A DNA stretch of 64,000 nucleotides from Thermoproteota archaeon (GTDB lineage: Archaea > Thermoproteota > Thermoprotei > Thermofilales > B9-G17). Under the pieces are notes generated by a model. It saw only the letters and a list, made by a program, of their open reading frames with translations. It had not been told where the DNA came from and did no database searches. The position numbers and the translations under genes are program-made. Shown here in pieces: positions 18,386 through 27,597 of the stretch; position 1 is the first letter of the stretch; each line of letters opens with the position of its first letter. Location of the stretch: contig JAPDJW010000002.1 in the NCBI GenBank assembly GCA_029258885.1, positions 32,001 to 96,000 of the forward strand. The letters are read 5' to 3'.

Positions 18386-19624
18386 ATGGCTTTAAATGTA
18401 GATGGTATAAGGAAGGATTTTCCTATTTTAAGTAGAAAAATTAACGGCAATCCTCTAGTATACTTCGATAATGCTGCTTCTACGCTTAAACCCGTTCAGG
18501 TGATAGAATCGATAAGTAGGTTCTATGGGATGCATTATGCTAACGTTCATAGAGGTGTACATACTTTAAGTCAGGAAGCCTCGGACATGTATGAGGAGGC
18601 TAGAGCCACTATACGTAAGTTTATAAGCGCTCGTAGCGATAGAGAAATAATCTTTACGATGAATGCTACTGAGGCACTGAATGCTATAGCCTATGGTATC
18701 TGTCAGAGGTATGTCGGAAGGGGCGATGAGATAATTTTAACGGTGATGGAGCACCACAGCAACATGCTGCCGTGGATCAGATATGCGAGAGAAAGGGAAG
18801 CCAGAATAAAGTATGTTGATATAAAGGAAAACGGGGTTTTAAAATACGATATGCTCAACGACCTTATCAGCGAGAGAACTAGAGTTATAGCTTTAACACA
18901 TGTATCCAACGTCCTGGGAACAATTAATGACATAAGCTACGTGGTTAAGCTTGCACGTGAAGTAGATGCCTTCGTCGTAGTAGATGGAGCACAATCCGTT
19001 CCTCACATGCCTATCAACGTATATAGTCTTGATATAGATTTCCTAGCGTTCAGCGGCCATAAAATGCTTGGCCCCACGGGTATAGGTGTTCTATGGGGGA
19101 GAGAGGATATTTTAAGTGAAATGCCTCCATTTAAGCTTGGAGGAGGAATAGTTAAGGAGGTTGCTTTAGACAAAGTTAAGCTTGAGGATCTACCCCTTAA
19201 AATGGAAGCTGGCACACCAAACATAGCTGGCGCCATAGGACTAGCTGAGGCGGCTAAATACTTAATGAACATAGGTATGGAGAACGTTATAGAACACGAG
19301 AAACAGCTAGTTAAGTATACTTTAAGGCTCATGCACGACGAATTAGAGGATTATATCGAAATCTACGGTCCACTAGATCCCGAGATTAGAAGCGGCATAG
19401 TAACATTTAACTTAAAGGGAGTTAATCCACATGCAGTAGGCGCCATCCTTGATAGTTACGGAATAGCCGTAAGAACAGGTATGCACTGTGCACATCCTCT
19501 GCATCAGAAACTTAACCTAAAAGGTACCGTACGGGCAAGCTACTACATATACAATACTAGTGAAGAAATCGAATACATGGTCAACACCCTCAAAGAAATC
19601 GTAAAGGAGGTTTCTCATACCTAA
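18386..19624 (+). CDS. sufS: Cysteine desulfurase, SufS class II
   Basis: YFDNAAST, EHHSN, SGHKM (PLP Lys), RTGMHCAHP. Confidence 0.93.
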   Translation: MALNVDGIRKDFPILSRKINGNPLVYFDNAASTLKPVQVIESISRFYGMHYANVHRGVHTLSQEASDMYEEARATIRKFISARSDREIIFTMNATEALNAIAYGICQRYVGRGDEIILTVMEHHSNMLPWIRYAREREARIKYVDIKENGVLKYDMLNDLISERTRVIALTHVSNVLGTINDISYVVKLAREVDAFVVVDGAQSVPHMPINVYSLDIDFLAFSGHKMLGPTGIGVLWGREDILSEMPPFKLGGGIVKEVALDKVKLEDLPLKMEAGTPNIAGAIGLAEAAKYLMNIGMENVIEHEKQLVKYTLRLMHDELEDYIEIYGPLDPEIRSGIVTFNLKGVNPHAVGAILDSYGIAVRTGMHCAHPLHQKLNLKGTVRASYYIYNTSEEIEYMVNTLKEIVKEVSHT

Positions 19625-20243
19625 GATTTTTATAAAGTCTAAATAATTTAGCCAAGTGCTTTATTCACGATAAGGATATATCCTCAACCATATCTTAGGG
19701 AAGAACAAATGTTATCTTTATAAACCTTATTAACTAGACATCTATAACCCTGTTATATATGGAAGAAAACAACCTACCGAATACGGATTTAAGAGTTTTT
19801 CCGGATATTCTATCACTGTTAATTAATAATTGACCTAACTGTTTCATAACTATGAAACAATAAACCTGACTTCTGGAATGAGGCTAGAAAGCATGCCGAG
19901 AAAAGTAATGCCTTAAATTTGGATCAGTTTGAAAATGACGCTAATTTCGAGGTTCACTGTAATACAACGGCCAGGGAAATTATTCTGCAACTTAAATCTA
20001 TTGGAAGACACCAAACTATGTAATAGCTGGTATTGAAACATCGAGTCACGTTCCAATACCAGCCTAGAGTATATGAGTGACCTAGATCCCGTAGAGGATT
20101 TGAAGGCCGTTGCTGAGAAGTAGTGTACTTATGGTACATAAGCCTTATATATTTAACATTTATATCATAGTATCTTAGATATATATGTTTGTGTGATACA
20201 TGTTTTACCAAAGCATACGGTATCGCTACGAGGGTGAGGCAGT

Positions 20244-21809
20244 ATGCTAAGGAATATGGCTGTTTTCTGTCTAGTTTTCCTAGTTATACTGTCTGCTGTC
20301 CACGTATATTCGATGCCTGATATGGTGTTTGTAGTTAGCTCCTACTCCTGGACTAGGTTGTCTGGCAGAGCTGGCGGCGTTAACGTTCTGGAGCTTATCC
20401 TAACGTATTATGGTGATAGAATTATTCTTAACGTTAGGGTGCACCTTAAGCTTATGAACGACAGCTGGAGCTATACTGCTACTCCGTGTTTTGAGGGCTC
20501 TTGGGAGCCAGGTTTTTCTAAGAAGTTTAGTTTTATTGTGAATGCCAGCGAAATTCCTAATGATATAAAAGCTCTGGTTAAGGTAACGTACGATTCTGTT
20601 GCAGAGAAGGTTGGAGGTAAGTACGAGGTTAGTTCCGAAGGTGGTGAATATACGTTCTCCTTTGACTTGAAATATTCAGGTCTGCCTCTGCCGTCGATTT
20701 ATGTTAAGCCTAATACCTTGATTGATGGTATGGTAAACAATATTTCACTAATGATTTTCAATAATGGCTCCGGCAACATTATTGATCCCCAGGTAACTGT
20801 TTACGTTAGTGGAGCAACGATTATTGATAGACCTACCCCCTTGAGGCTATCCTATAGTAAGATAGAGGCAGGGAGCTACGTTATTGAGAAAATGGAGGTG
20901 TTACCTTCCCAGAAACAGGTTACTTTTACAGTTAATATTAACTATCTGGATGAGGAAGGCAATGTTAGGAATGAGCAATATACCATAACTTTGCCCGTTA
21001 TTGAAAGTACTACCGTTTTAGTTTTAGCTGAACCAAATAAGCTGTTTTCGGGCTCTATCAAAAGGATTAAAGTTAGAGTGATAAACTTAGGCGATATACC
21101 GCTTCTCAACACGTTACTTAAGCTGTATACGTCGCAGGGCTCGGGCATCGTGGTTAGTCCACAGCTTATAGAGCTTGGTGATATAGGTCCCCAGGATAGC
21201 GTTGAGTGCGAGGTTGAGGTAAGCGTACCTCTTACTGTTATCAGTACCCAGAATATACTTTACGATTTAATCTATAGAAGCGTAAAGGGGGTTAGGCTGG
21301 TTATACACGGCTCACTTAACGTTTTTGTCGTTGAAAAGGCAAGGCTGATAGTATCGTCAATAGATTATGTTCCGGAGAAGCCTTCGGTTAATAGCACGGT
21401 AGTTCTCTCTATAAGCCTAATAAATACTGGAAACCTAGCCCTAAATAGCATTAATGTTACTGTTGAACAGTCTAGCGGTTTAATACCCCTAAGGAAAACC
21501 TACTATTTTATAGGACAGCTTAATCCACAATCTCCAGTAAGCGTACCATTCTCATTTAGGGCAGTTGAGGTAGGCGAGCAGACTATTAAGATTATAGTAT
21601 TTTATAAGGATATATATGGTGCCTCCTGGAACATTACGCGTGAAGTATCCATTGATGTTTCAGGAAAAAGCGCAGGCTCTAACTCATCCACTAGCCCTGT
21701 GGGCGGAGCACTTAGCATTATGGATGAGCTAATAGTTCTGGCCATTTTGGTAGCTATTGTAGGTCTAGTAGCTGTTATGTGGTTTTTAGGTAAGAGGAGG
21801 AGGCAATGA
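20244..21809 (+). CDS. Secreted Ig-like/CARDB repeat protein (COG1361-like) with C-terminal TM anchor
   Basis: Signal peptide, repeated N.G beta-sandwich units, C-terminal TM plus KRRRQ; upstream of a MacB-type ABC. Confidence 0.7.
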   Translation: MLRNMAVFCLVFLVILSAVHVYSMPDMVFVVSSYSWTRLSGRAGGVNVLELILTYYGDRIILNVRVHLKLMNDSWSYTATPCFEGSWEPGFSKKFSFIVNASEIPNDIKALVKVTYDSVAEKVGGKYEVSSEGGEYTFSFDLKYSGLPLPSIYVKPNTLIDGMVNNISLMIFNNGSGNIIDPQVTVYVSGATIIDRPTPLRLSYSKIEAGSYVIEKMEVLPSQKQVTFTVNINYLDEEGNVRNEQYTITLPVIESTTVLVLAEPNKLFSGSIKRIKVRVINLGDIPLLNTLLKLYTSQGSGIVVSPQLIELGDIGPQDSVECEVEVSVPLTVISTQNILYDLIYRSVKGVRLVIHGSLNVFVVEKARLIVSSIDYVPEKPSVNSTVVLSISLINTGNLALNSINVTVEQSSGLIPLRKTYYFIGQLNPQSPVSVPFSFRAVEVGEQTIKIIVFYKDIYGASWNITREVSIDVSGKSAGSNSSTSPVGGALSIMDELIVLAILVAIVGLVAVMWFLGKRRRQ

Positions 21810-22987
21810 GAATAACTGACTACTTTTACCTATCCTTTGCGAGTCTCAGTGAGAGAAAGGGCAGGACTATCGGCGCAATTATAGGCGTTATTATAGCTGT
21901 CGTAGCTCTCTCAATGGCTCTGGGAATAGGTGAATCTTTTCAAGCAGTTTTTAAGGAGGAGCTAGGAAAGTCGCTGGCTGCTAACTCCGTATATGTTGTG
22001 GGTTCAAGCCTTACTGATGTAGATTTAATGTATTTCAGGGAAATTCCCGGAGTTAAGGATGTTTTCGGTGTGGCTCTGCGTTCTGCGCTTATAGTTGATC
22101 CATCCGGTAGTAAGAGTGTAATGATAGTTGCTATGGATCCTGATAAGATACCGATATATCTGGGTTTGAATAGCCTGGATGATCTTCTGATTGAGGGGCT
22201 GGGCGCCCCTGAGGGTTTAGGAGTGATTGTTGGAAGTGATATTTGGCGTGACCCGCAGACCGGGGATAAGCTTAGGAATATTGGGGAATCGTTGACTTTA
22301 ACTATTAAGGGTAGGAGTTCACGGCAGTTTACGGTCTTTATAGCGGGTTTAGCTAAATCGGTGGGTGGATTTAGAGGACCGACGTTTAATCCCGATATCA
22401 TGATATTTATGGATCCCGAGGTTTTCTTCACTTATGTTAGTAGAAGGAAAGTCTATACATTTGCGGTTGTAGTTATTGAGGATGTCGGTATGCTTGAATA
22501 TATCGAGGCTGAGCTGAGAGCACTGGCTCCACCGGGTGCTAGGGTTTTCTCACCGATAGCTATGGTTCAGCAGGTTAACGTGTTTGTTAGTTCCCTACAG
22601 ATGATACTTGCACTTATATCCTCCGTTGGAATAGGTGTAACAGCGTTGTGGGTTTTTGATAGCATGACTATAAGTGTAGTCCATAGAACTAGGGAGATAG
22701 GTATTTTAAAGGCTATAGGCTTTAAATCTATCGACATACTGCTTCTATTCCTGATGGAAGCTATCTATATATCGTTAATAGGCTCTTTTATCGGGATAGG
22801 AGTATCCTTAATCCTAGCAAATACCTTCGCAATACCAGTATTTAGGTACAGAATGAAAGCTATGATTACACCTACGATAATTTTGCTCTCTATAGTTCTT
22901 CCAACATTAGCTAATTTAGTTGCCTCAATAATACCTGCTAAGAAAGCTGCTAGTCTAGATCCCGTGAGGGCGTTAAGGTATGAGTAG
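21806..22987 (+). CDS. FtsX/MacB-like ABC permease
   Basis: RTIGAIIGV, RTREIGILKAIG, PAKKAASLDPVRALRYE. Confidence 0.92.
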   Translation: MRITDYFYLSFASLSERKGRTIGAIIGVIIAVVALSMALGIGESFQAVFKEELGKSLAANSVYVVGSSLTDVDLMYFREIPGVKDVFGVALRSALIVDPSGSKSVMIVAMDPDKIPIYLGLNSLDDLLIEGLGAPEGLGVIVGSDIWRDPQTGDKLRNIGESLTLTIKGRSSRQFTVFIAGLAKSVGGFRGPTFNPDIMIFMDPEVFFTYVSRRKVYTFAVVVIEDVGMLEYIEAELRALAPPGARVFSPIAMVQQVNVFVSSLQMILALISSVGIGVTALWVFDSMTISVVHRTREIGILKAIGFKSIDILLLFLMEAIYISLIGSFIGIGVSLILANTFAIPVFRYRMKAMITPTIILLSIVLPTLANLVASIIPAKKAASLDPVRALRYE

Positions 22988-23711
22988 TATAGTTACTGTT
23001 AGGGGGCTCTGGAAGATCTATAGCATGGATGGGTATACTGTCGAGGCTTTAAGGGGCATCGACATGGACGTTAAGGAAGGCGAATTCGTGGCCGTGGTTG
23101 GTCCATCTGGTAGTGGTAAGAGTACGCTACTGCACATCATAGGCGGCTTAGATAGACCTACTAGAGGAATAGTGAGAGTTGGTGGTGTTGAGATAGGTAG
23201 CTTAAAGAGTGATAGAGAGCTGAGCGATTTTAGAAATAAGTTTATAGGCTTTATATTCCAGATGTTCTACCTAGTCCCTAGGTTTACAGCGCTACAGAAC
23301 GTTGAACTCCCCCTAATTGCTAGAGGAGTACCTAGGGATGAACGCAGGAGAATGGCTTTTGAAGCCCTTGAAATGGTTGGTCTTAAGGATAAAGCATATT
23401 CTAGGCCAAGTCAGCTTAGTGGAGGCGAACAGCAGAGAGTAGCTATCGCTAGGGCTATCGTTGGAAAACCAAAGCTACTTCTAGCTGATGAACCTACAGG
23501 AAACCTGGATTCAAGAACTGCCGCAAATATAATGAATGTATTTAAACGCCTAAACAAGGAACTTAACATTACCGTTATACTTGTAACTCATAACTTAAGC
23601 CTAGTATGGTACTGCGATAGAGTCTTTAGACTAGCCGATGGCAAGGTTGTAGACGTATATAAGCCTAATGAATACGAGAAGTTATTAAGATCGTTTACAC
23701 TAAAGTCATAG
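22980..23711 (+). CDS. ABC ATP-binding protein (LolD/MacB type)
   Basis: GPSGSGKST, LSGGEQQR, ADEPTGNLD, VTHN. Confidence 0.93.
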   Translation: MSSIVTVRGLWKIYSMDGYTVEALRGIDMDVKEGEFVAVVGPSGSGKSTLLHIIGGLDRPTRGIVRVGGVEIGSLKSDRELSDFRNKFIGFIFQMFYLVPRFTALQNVELPLIARGVPRDERRRMAFEALEMVGLKDKAYSRPSQLSGGEQQRVAIARAIVGKPKLLLADEPTGNLDSRTAANIMNVFKRLNKELNITVILVTHNLSLVWYCDRVFRLADGKVVDVYKPNEYEKLLRSFTLKS

Positions 23712-23800
23712 CATTACTATAGGAAATGAACATATATATAAGCTGAGAGATAGATAAGTTTATTAGTGAGCTAAGGCCTTTACTCTGGCTAGGTATAAGT

Positions 23801-24085
23801 ATGATTACCCTGAAGGAGTGGTATTGGGAGAAGTTTTATAATCCATACCTATTCGAGTTCTTCTACGGAATGTGGCCTCTTAAGGGCTACGACTTCAAGG
23901 TTAGGCTCGTCTTCATAGCTGGGAAGAACCTGCTATACTGCTACAATGGTCCTAAGGGAGTGTATGCGGTATTAGGGAAGATAAATAAGCGGGATCTCGA
24001 CAGAACGTATAGGAAATGGCACGAAAGCGGCTCCACACTAGACGACTATATAGAATATTTGTCTAATGCTGGCATGCTAGAATAA
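23801..24085 (+). CDS. Hypothetical protein
   Basis: 94-aa ORF with plausible composition and an AT-rich upstream promoter. Confidence 0.6.
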   Translation: MITLKEWYWEKFYNPYLFEFFYGMWPLKGYDFKVRLVFIAGKNLLYCYNGPKGVYAVLGKINKRDLDRTYRKWHESGSTLDDYIEYLSNAGMLE

Positions 24086-24255
24086 AAGAACTGCTTTAAT
24101 TGGATTTCCTAAATCCGTATTCTTAAACCAGTTACGTCCGCCTCGGATATCCCTTAAAGCTAAACACGACGAGCTATAATTACCTTGCGTGGAATCGGAG
24201 CCAACCATGGTTAATCGTTATTAGTTTTAATATTATTTTATCATTCTGTGGAACC

Positions 24256-25650
24256 ATGCTTGATGCCGTGGTTATTGGTGGTGGAGTTACTGGAACTACC
24301 TTAGCCGCCTTATTATCGAGGAAGATGAAGGTACTTCTTTTGGAGTCTAGGGGCTATCTTGGCGGTAGAGCTGCGACTAGAACTCCGAGGGAGTGGGGGT
24401 GGGGTGACTCCGACGACTATAAAGTTGATTTCGGCCATCACATGATGGCTGCTAACGGCTTTATAGAGTATGCTGTACACTATACTGGCGCCGATAAATA
24501 CGTTAACTTGGTTAGAGTCCCTATTCCATACTTCTATAGGTATGGTAAGCTGTATCAGGCTCCAGTATCCTTTCTCCAGCAGCTTAGGGCATACGACTAC
24601 ATTCCCTTTGGACCAAAGCTTAAACTATTTAAGTTTATGCGATTCGTTAAGAGGGCAGGATTCAGCGAGATTATGAAGAAATATGCGTATACTCCATTAT
24701 CCGACTTGTTTAATGAATTTGGATTTGGAGACTACGAGAGGGAGCTAATTCTCGACGGTTTTGCCGCTGGATATCAGACTGTCGCGGACGAGAAGCTGAA
24801 CTCTGCAGCCGACCTAATATTCTGTCTTAAGATATTCTTTAAGGGACTTAAGAAGCATAAAACACCCCTACTGTATCCATACGGAGGGTTTGCTAGGCTC
24901 TCGGAGGCGTTTGCAAAGGTTGTCGAGGATAATGGTGGGGAGGTTAGGTTAAACTCTAGAGTTGAAAAGATTATCGTTGAGGATAATAGGGTTAAGGGAG
25001 TTGTTGTCGATGGTAAAAGGATAGAGGCGAAGTATGTAGCCATAACCTTCCCGATATATGAATCTCTTAGCCTATTTGATGAGGAAACTATTAAGAGGAA
25101 TAGTGACTTCTTCGATAGAGTTAAGGAATCCAGGAAGTATAGCTCGGGGCTCTTCCTAATTTTAACGGGCGCTAGGACTAGGCTTAGAGATAGGATGCTC
25201 AACACGTGGATATTTATTCCTAGGCAGGAGATAGATAGCAGGGATACCTATATGCTCGTAAGCGAAACGGGAGAGATGCTGGGAGTAGCTAAGGGAGATA
25301 GGTCGGTGACGTCGTTTGCAGTCCTATACGAGGAAGGCATGGACGTAAGTGAACTAAAGGATAAAATAGTTAGGAACGTGAGAAAGCTATTCCCGTCCTA
25401 TAGTTTCGATGAGGTTGACTGGCGTGCAGAGGTAGCCTTCCCAATAGTTGACGGAATTGCTAGGACTGTTGAATGGTATCATGAGAGGAGGTTTGGACCT
25501 AAGACTCCCATCGAAAACCTTTATGTTGCTGGAGACAGTGCCTACGAATTATCTACGGGAACTGATGGATGCGCCTCCTCCGCAATACTCACAGCAGAAG
25601 CCATACTCAAGGAAAAGATAATTGACCTAGAAACGTTCTTCAAGCTGTAA
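24256..25650 (+). CDS. FAD-dependent oxidoreductase (phytoene desaturase/amine oxidase family)
   Basis: VVIGGGVTG...LLESRGYLGGRA, YPYGGFARLSEAF, NLYVAGDS. Confidence 0.82.
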   Translation: MLDAVVIGGGVTGTTLAALLSRKMKVLLLESRGYLGGRAATRTPREWGWGDSDDYKVDFGHHMMAANGFIEYAVHYTGADKYVNLVRVPIPYFYRYGKLYQAPVSFLQQLRAYDYIPFGPKLKLFKFMRFVKRAGFSEIMKKYAYTPLSDLFNEFGFGDYERELILDGFAAGYQTVADEKLNSAADLIFCLKIFFKGLKKHKTPLLYPYGGFARLSEAFAKVVEDNGGEVRLNSRVEKIIVEDNRVKGVVVDGKRIEAKYVAITFPIYESLSLFDEETIKRNSDFFDRVKESRKYSSGLFLILTGARTRLRDRMLNTWIFIPRQEIDSRDTYMLVSETGEMLGVAKGDRSVTSFAVLYEEGMDVSELKDKIVRNVRKLFPSYSFDEVDWRAEVAFPIVDGIARTVEWYHERRFGPKTPIENLYVAGDSAYELSTGTDGCASSAILTAEAILKEKIIDLETFFKL

Positions 25651-25843
25651 ATTCGTATGATATTTTATTTCTACCTCCCGATTTCAAGTTTCTTAAGTTA
25701 GCTACATAAAGGTGAAAACCTTCTCGCCGAAGCCCAGAAAAAGCTAAAGTTAATGAATTAACAGAATAGAGGCAAAGACGTATCCTTTTTATTTCTATTT
25801 TAATCCATTACTGGATAATCGTGTTAGAGTAGAGGGGGTTAGT

Positions 25844-26160
25844 TTAGGTTATTGATATATTGGTTTTATCTTCACAGATTAAATGTTGCCTTTCTTTTAT
25901 GAACTCGTCCTCGTATATTATGTTGCTTGTTTCTTCTCCATGTTTTTGAAGAAACTCTATTAGATCTTTGTCTCTTGTTAGGAAAGGTATGTTATTTGCT
26001 AGTGATGTAGTGTATAGCAGTAGATCTATTAGGTCTTTAAATCCTTTCTTTCTGAGCTTTAATGCTTTAATATAGCTTTCAACTGTTGGGTTTAATTGGT
26101 TAAATTCCTCTATTATCGAAATTAGTCCCGTTAATAGTATTTTATTTAGATATTTCACCT
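25844..26160 (-). pseudogene. VapC PIN toxin lacking its N-terminal half
   Basis: Retains ALKLRKKGFKDLIDLLLYTTS...FLTRDKD, but no N-terminal DT(S/N) acidic motif; frame starts inside the antitoxin 3' end. Confidence 0.55.
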
Positions 26161-26387
26161 TGCATTTCCTCCGATTCTTTTTCAAATTCCTCAAATGTTG
26201 TTTTAGCATATTTTGGACCATGCAACGCTAGGTCGAAGGGGTCAGGAATTGGTTGGATTATTATTTTCATGCCCTCAACCTTTAGTTTTACATAGTCTCC
26301 TCCTTTTAGCCCTACGGCTAATGCTATTTGTTTATGTATATACAGCGTGTTTTTCTTGCTTAATCTTACCTTAACCTCAGAAACCAT
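26142..26387 (-). CDS. vapB: AbrB/MazE-type antitoxin
   Basis: VRLSKKNTLYIHKQIALAVGLKGGDYV...IIIQPIPDP. Confidence 0.8.
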   Translation of the reverse strand: MVSEVKVRLSKKNTLYIHKQIALAVGLKGGDYVKLKVEGMKIIIQPIPDPFDLALHGPKYAKTTFEEFEKESEEMQGEISK

Positions 26388-26589
26388 TTTATATTCCAGA
26401 AATATTTTGTTTTCCCAGAAATATATTTTTCTCAGATATGCATGTTTAGCACAGCATACGACTCTTCAGAGTATATTTTGTCTCCTTAATGACTAATATC
26501 GTAAGCCATACTTTAGGGGCACTGATTATCCGAGAAATTCCTCGAGCAACATTGGTAATATTTTTATTCTTATATTACTCTTCTTAACT

Positions 26590-27597
26590 ATGGTTAAAAA
26601 CGGGCTTTTTAATCGATTAATGGGCTTCAATTGGAGTGGGCTTGTGCCTCCCCAATACCTCCTTGCTAATAGAAGGTTTGTTAAGGTTGTTCTAGAACCT
26701 CCCGACTTTAACCCTGGATCATGGCGTGGGGCCGGTAAGGTACTGGTTGATTATGAGAATAAGAAGTTTTGGCTTACGACGAGGCCGAGGAAGAGAAATC
26801 CTATAAGGGGGTACGGCTTCGAAATATACAGCTCGAAAAACGGGGAAGATTACAGCCTTAAGTTCTTCATGTCGAAGGAAGAGCTCTCCGAATTAATTGG
26901 TAAGAGTGTTAGAAGCATTGAAGGCCAGCAGATCATTAAGGATCCGTTGACTGGAATGTATTATCTCTATCTGTCAGTGGATACTCCACCTCGCGGATGG
27001 GAAACTGTTTTACTTAAATCTGATGATCCGACAGGACCCTGGAGCTACGTTGACGTTGTCTTAAGGAGGGATATGGATTACGATAGAGTTGAGGCAAGGG
27101 ATGCTACGATAGATATAGTTGATGGACTCTATCTTGCTGTCTATAAGGCTAACAGTGGAAGTAGAGTGAACATGGCTCTAGCTATTAGTAGCGATGGTAT
27201 AAACTGGAGGAAACTTGGAGTATTGAAGCTTAATGGAGAAAGTCAGCCGGATTATATGCTGATTTGCGGAAAAATTTTAAGCTCCACATTCGGCCCAATG
27301 ATGGTTGGAATGGAGAATACTACTGTGATTAAGGGAGCTTCTGTATCAAATAAGTTTGCAGCGTATATCATCGACATTTTTAACGTTAATTTGTTTAAGG
27401 TTTTTGAGGGTATATGGAGGCCAGGCTCTAGATATGAGAGGGGGGATTATCCTATACACAGCTACCTTGACATCGTATATGATCCATTCAGGGATAGGGT
27501 TTTAATGTATGTTGAGGCGATAGATCCAAGCGATATAGGCTTAAATAAAGAAATAGATAGAGTTCTGCTATACGAAGTTTCCTTAAGTAGTATCTAA
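26590..27597 (+). CDS. Five-bladed beta-propeller glycoside hydrolase-like protein (clan GH43/GH130-like)
   Basis: WRGAGK, ARDATI, ALAISSDGINW, SDDPTGPW blade motifs; converges on GH116. Confidence 0.55.
   Translation: MVKNGLFNRLMGFNWSGLVPPQYLLANRRFVKVVLEPPDFNPGSWRGAGKVLVDYENKKFWLTTRPRKRNPIRGYGFEIYSSKNGEDYSLKFFMSKEELSELIGKSVRSIEGQQIIKDPLTGMYYLYLSVDTPPRGWETVLLKSDDPTGPWSYVDVVLRRDMDYDRVEARDATIDIVDGLYLAVYKANSGSRVNMALAISSDGINWRKLGVLKLNGESQPDYMLICGKILSSTFGPMMVGMENTTVIKGASVSNKFAAYIIDIFNVNLFKVFEGIWRPGSRYERGDYPIHSYLDIVYDPFRDRVLMYVEAIDPSDIGLNKEIDRVLLYEVSLSSI

Noticed and set aside
20026-20063. ATTGAAAC and GTTCCAATA resemble archaeal CRISPR repeat ends
   Set aside because: They form one inverted repeat, not direct repeats with spacers; no cas genes in the window
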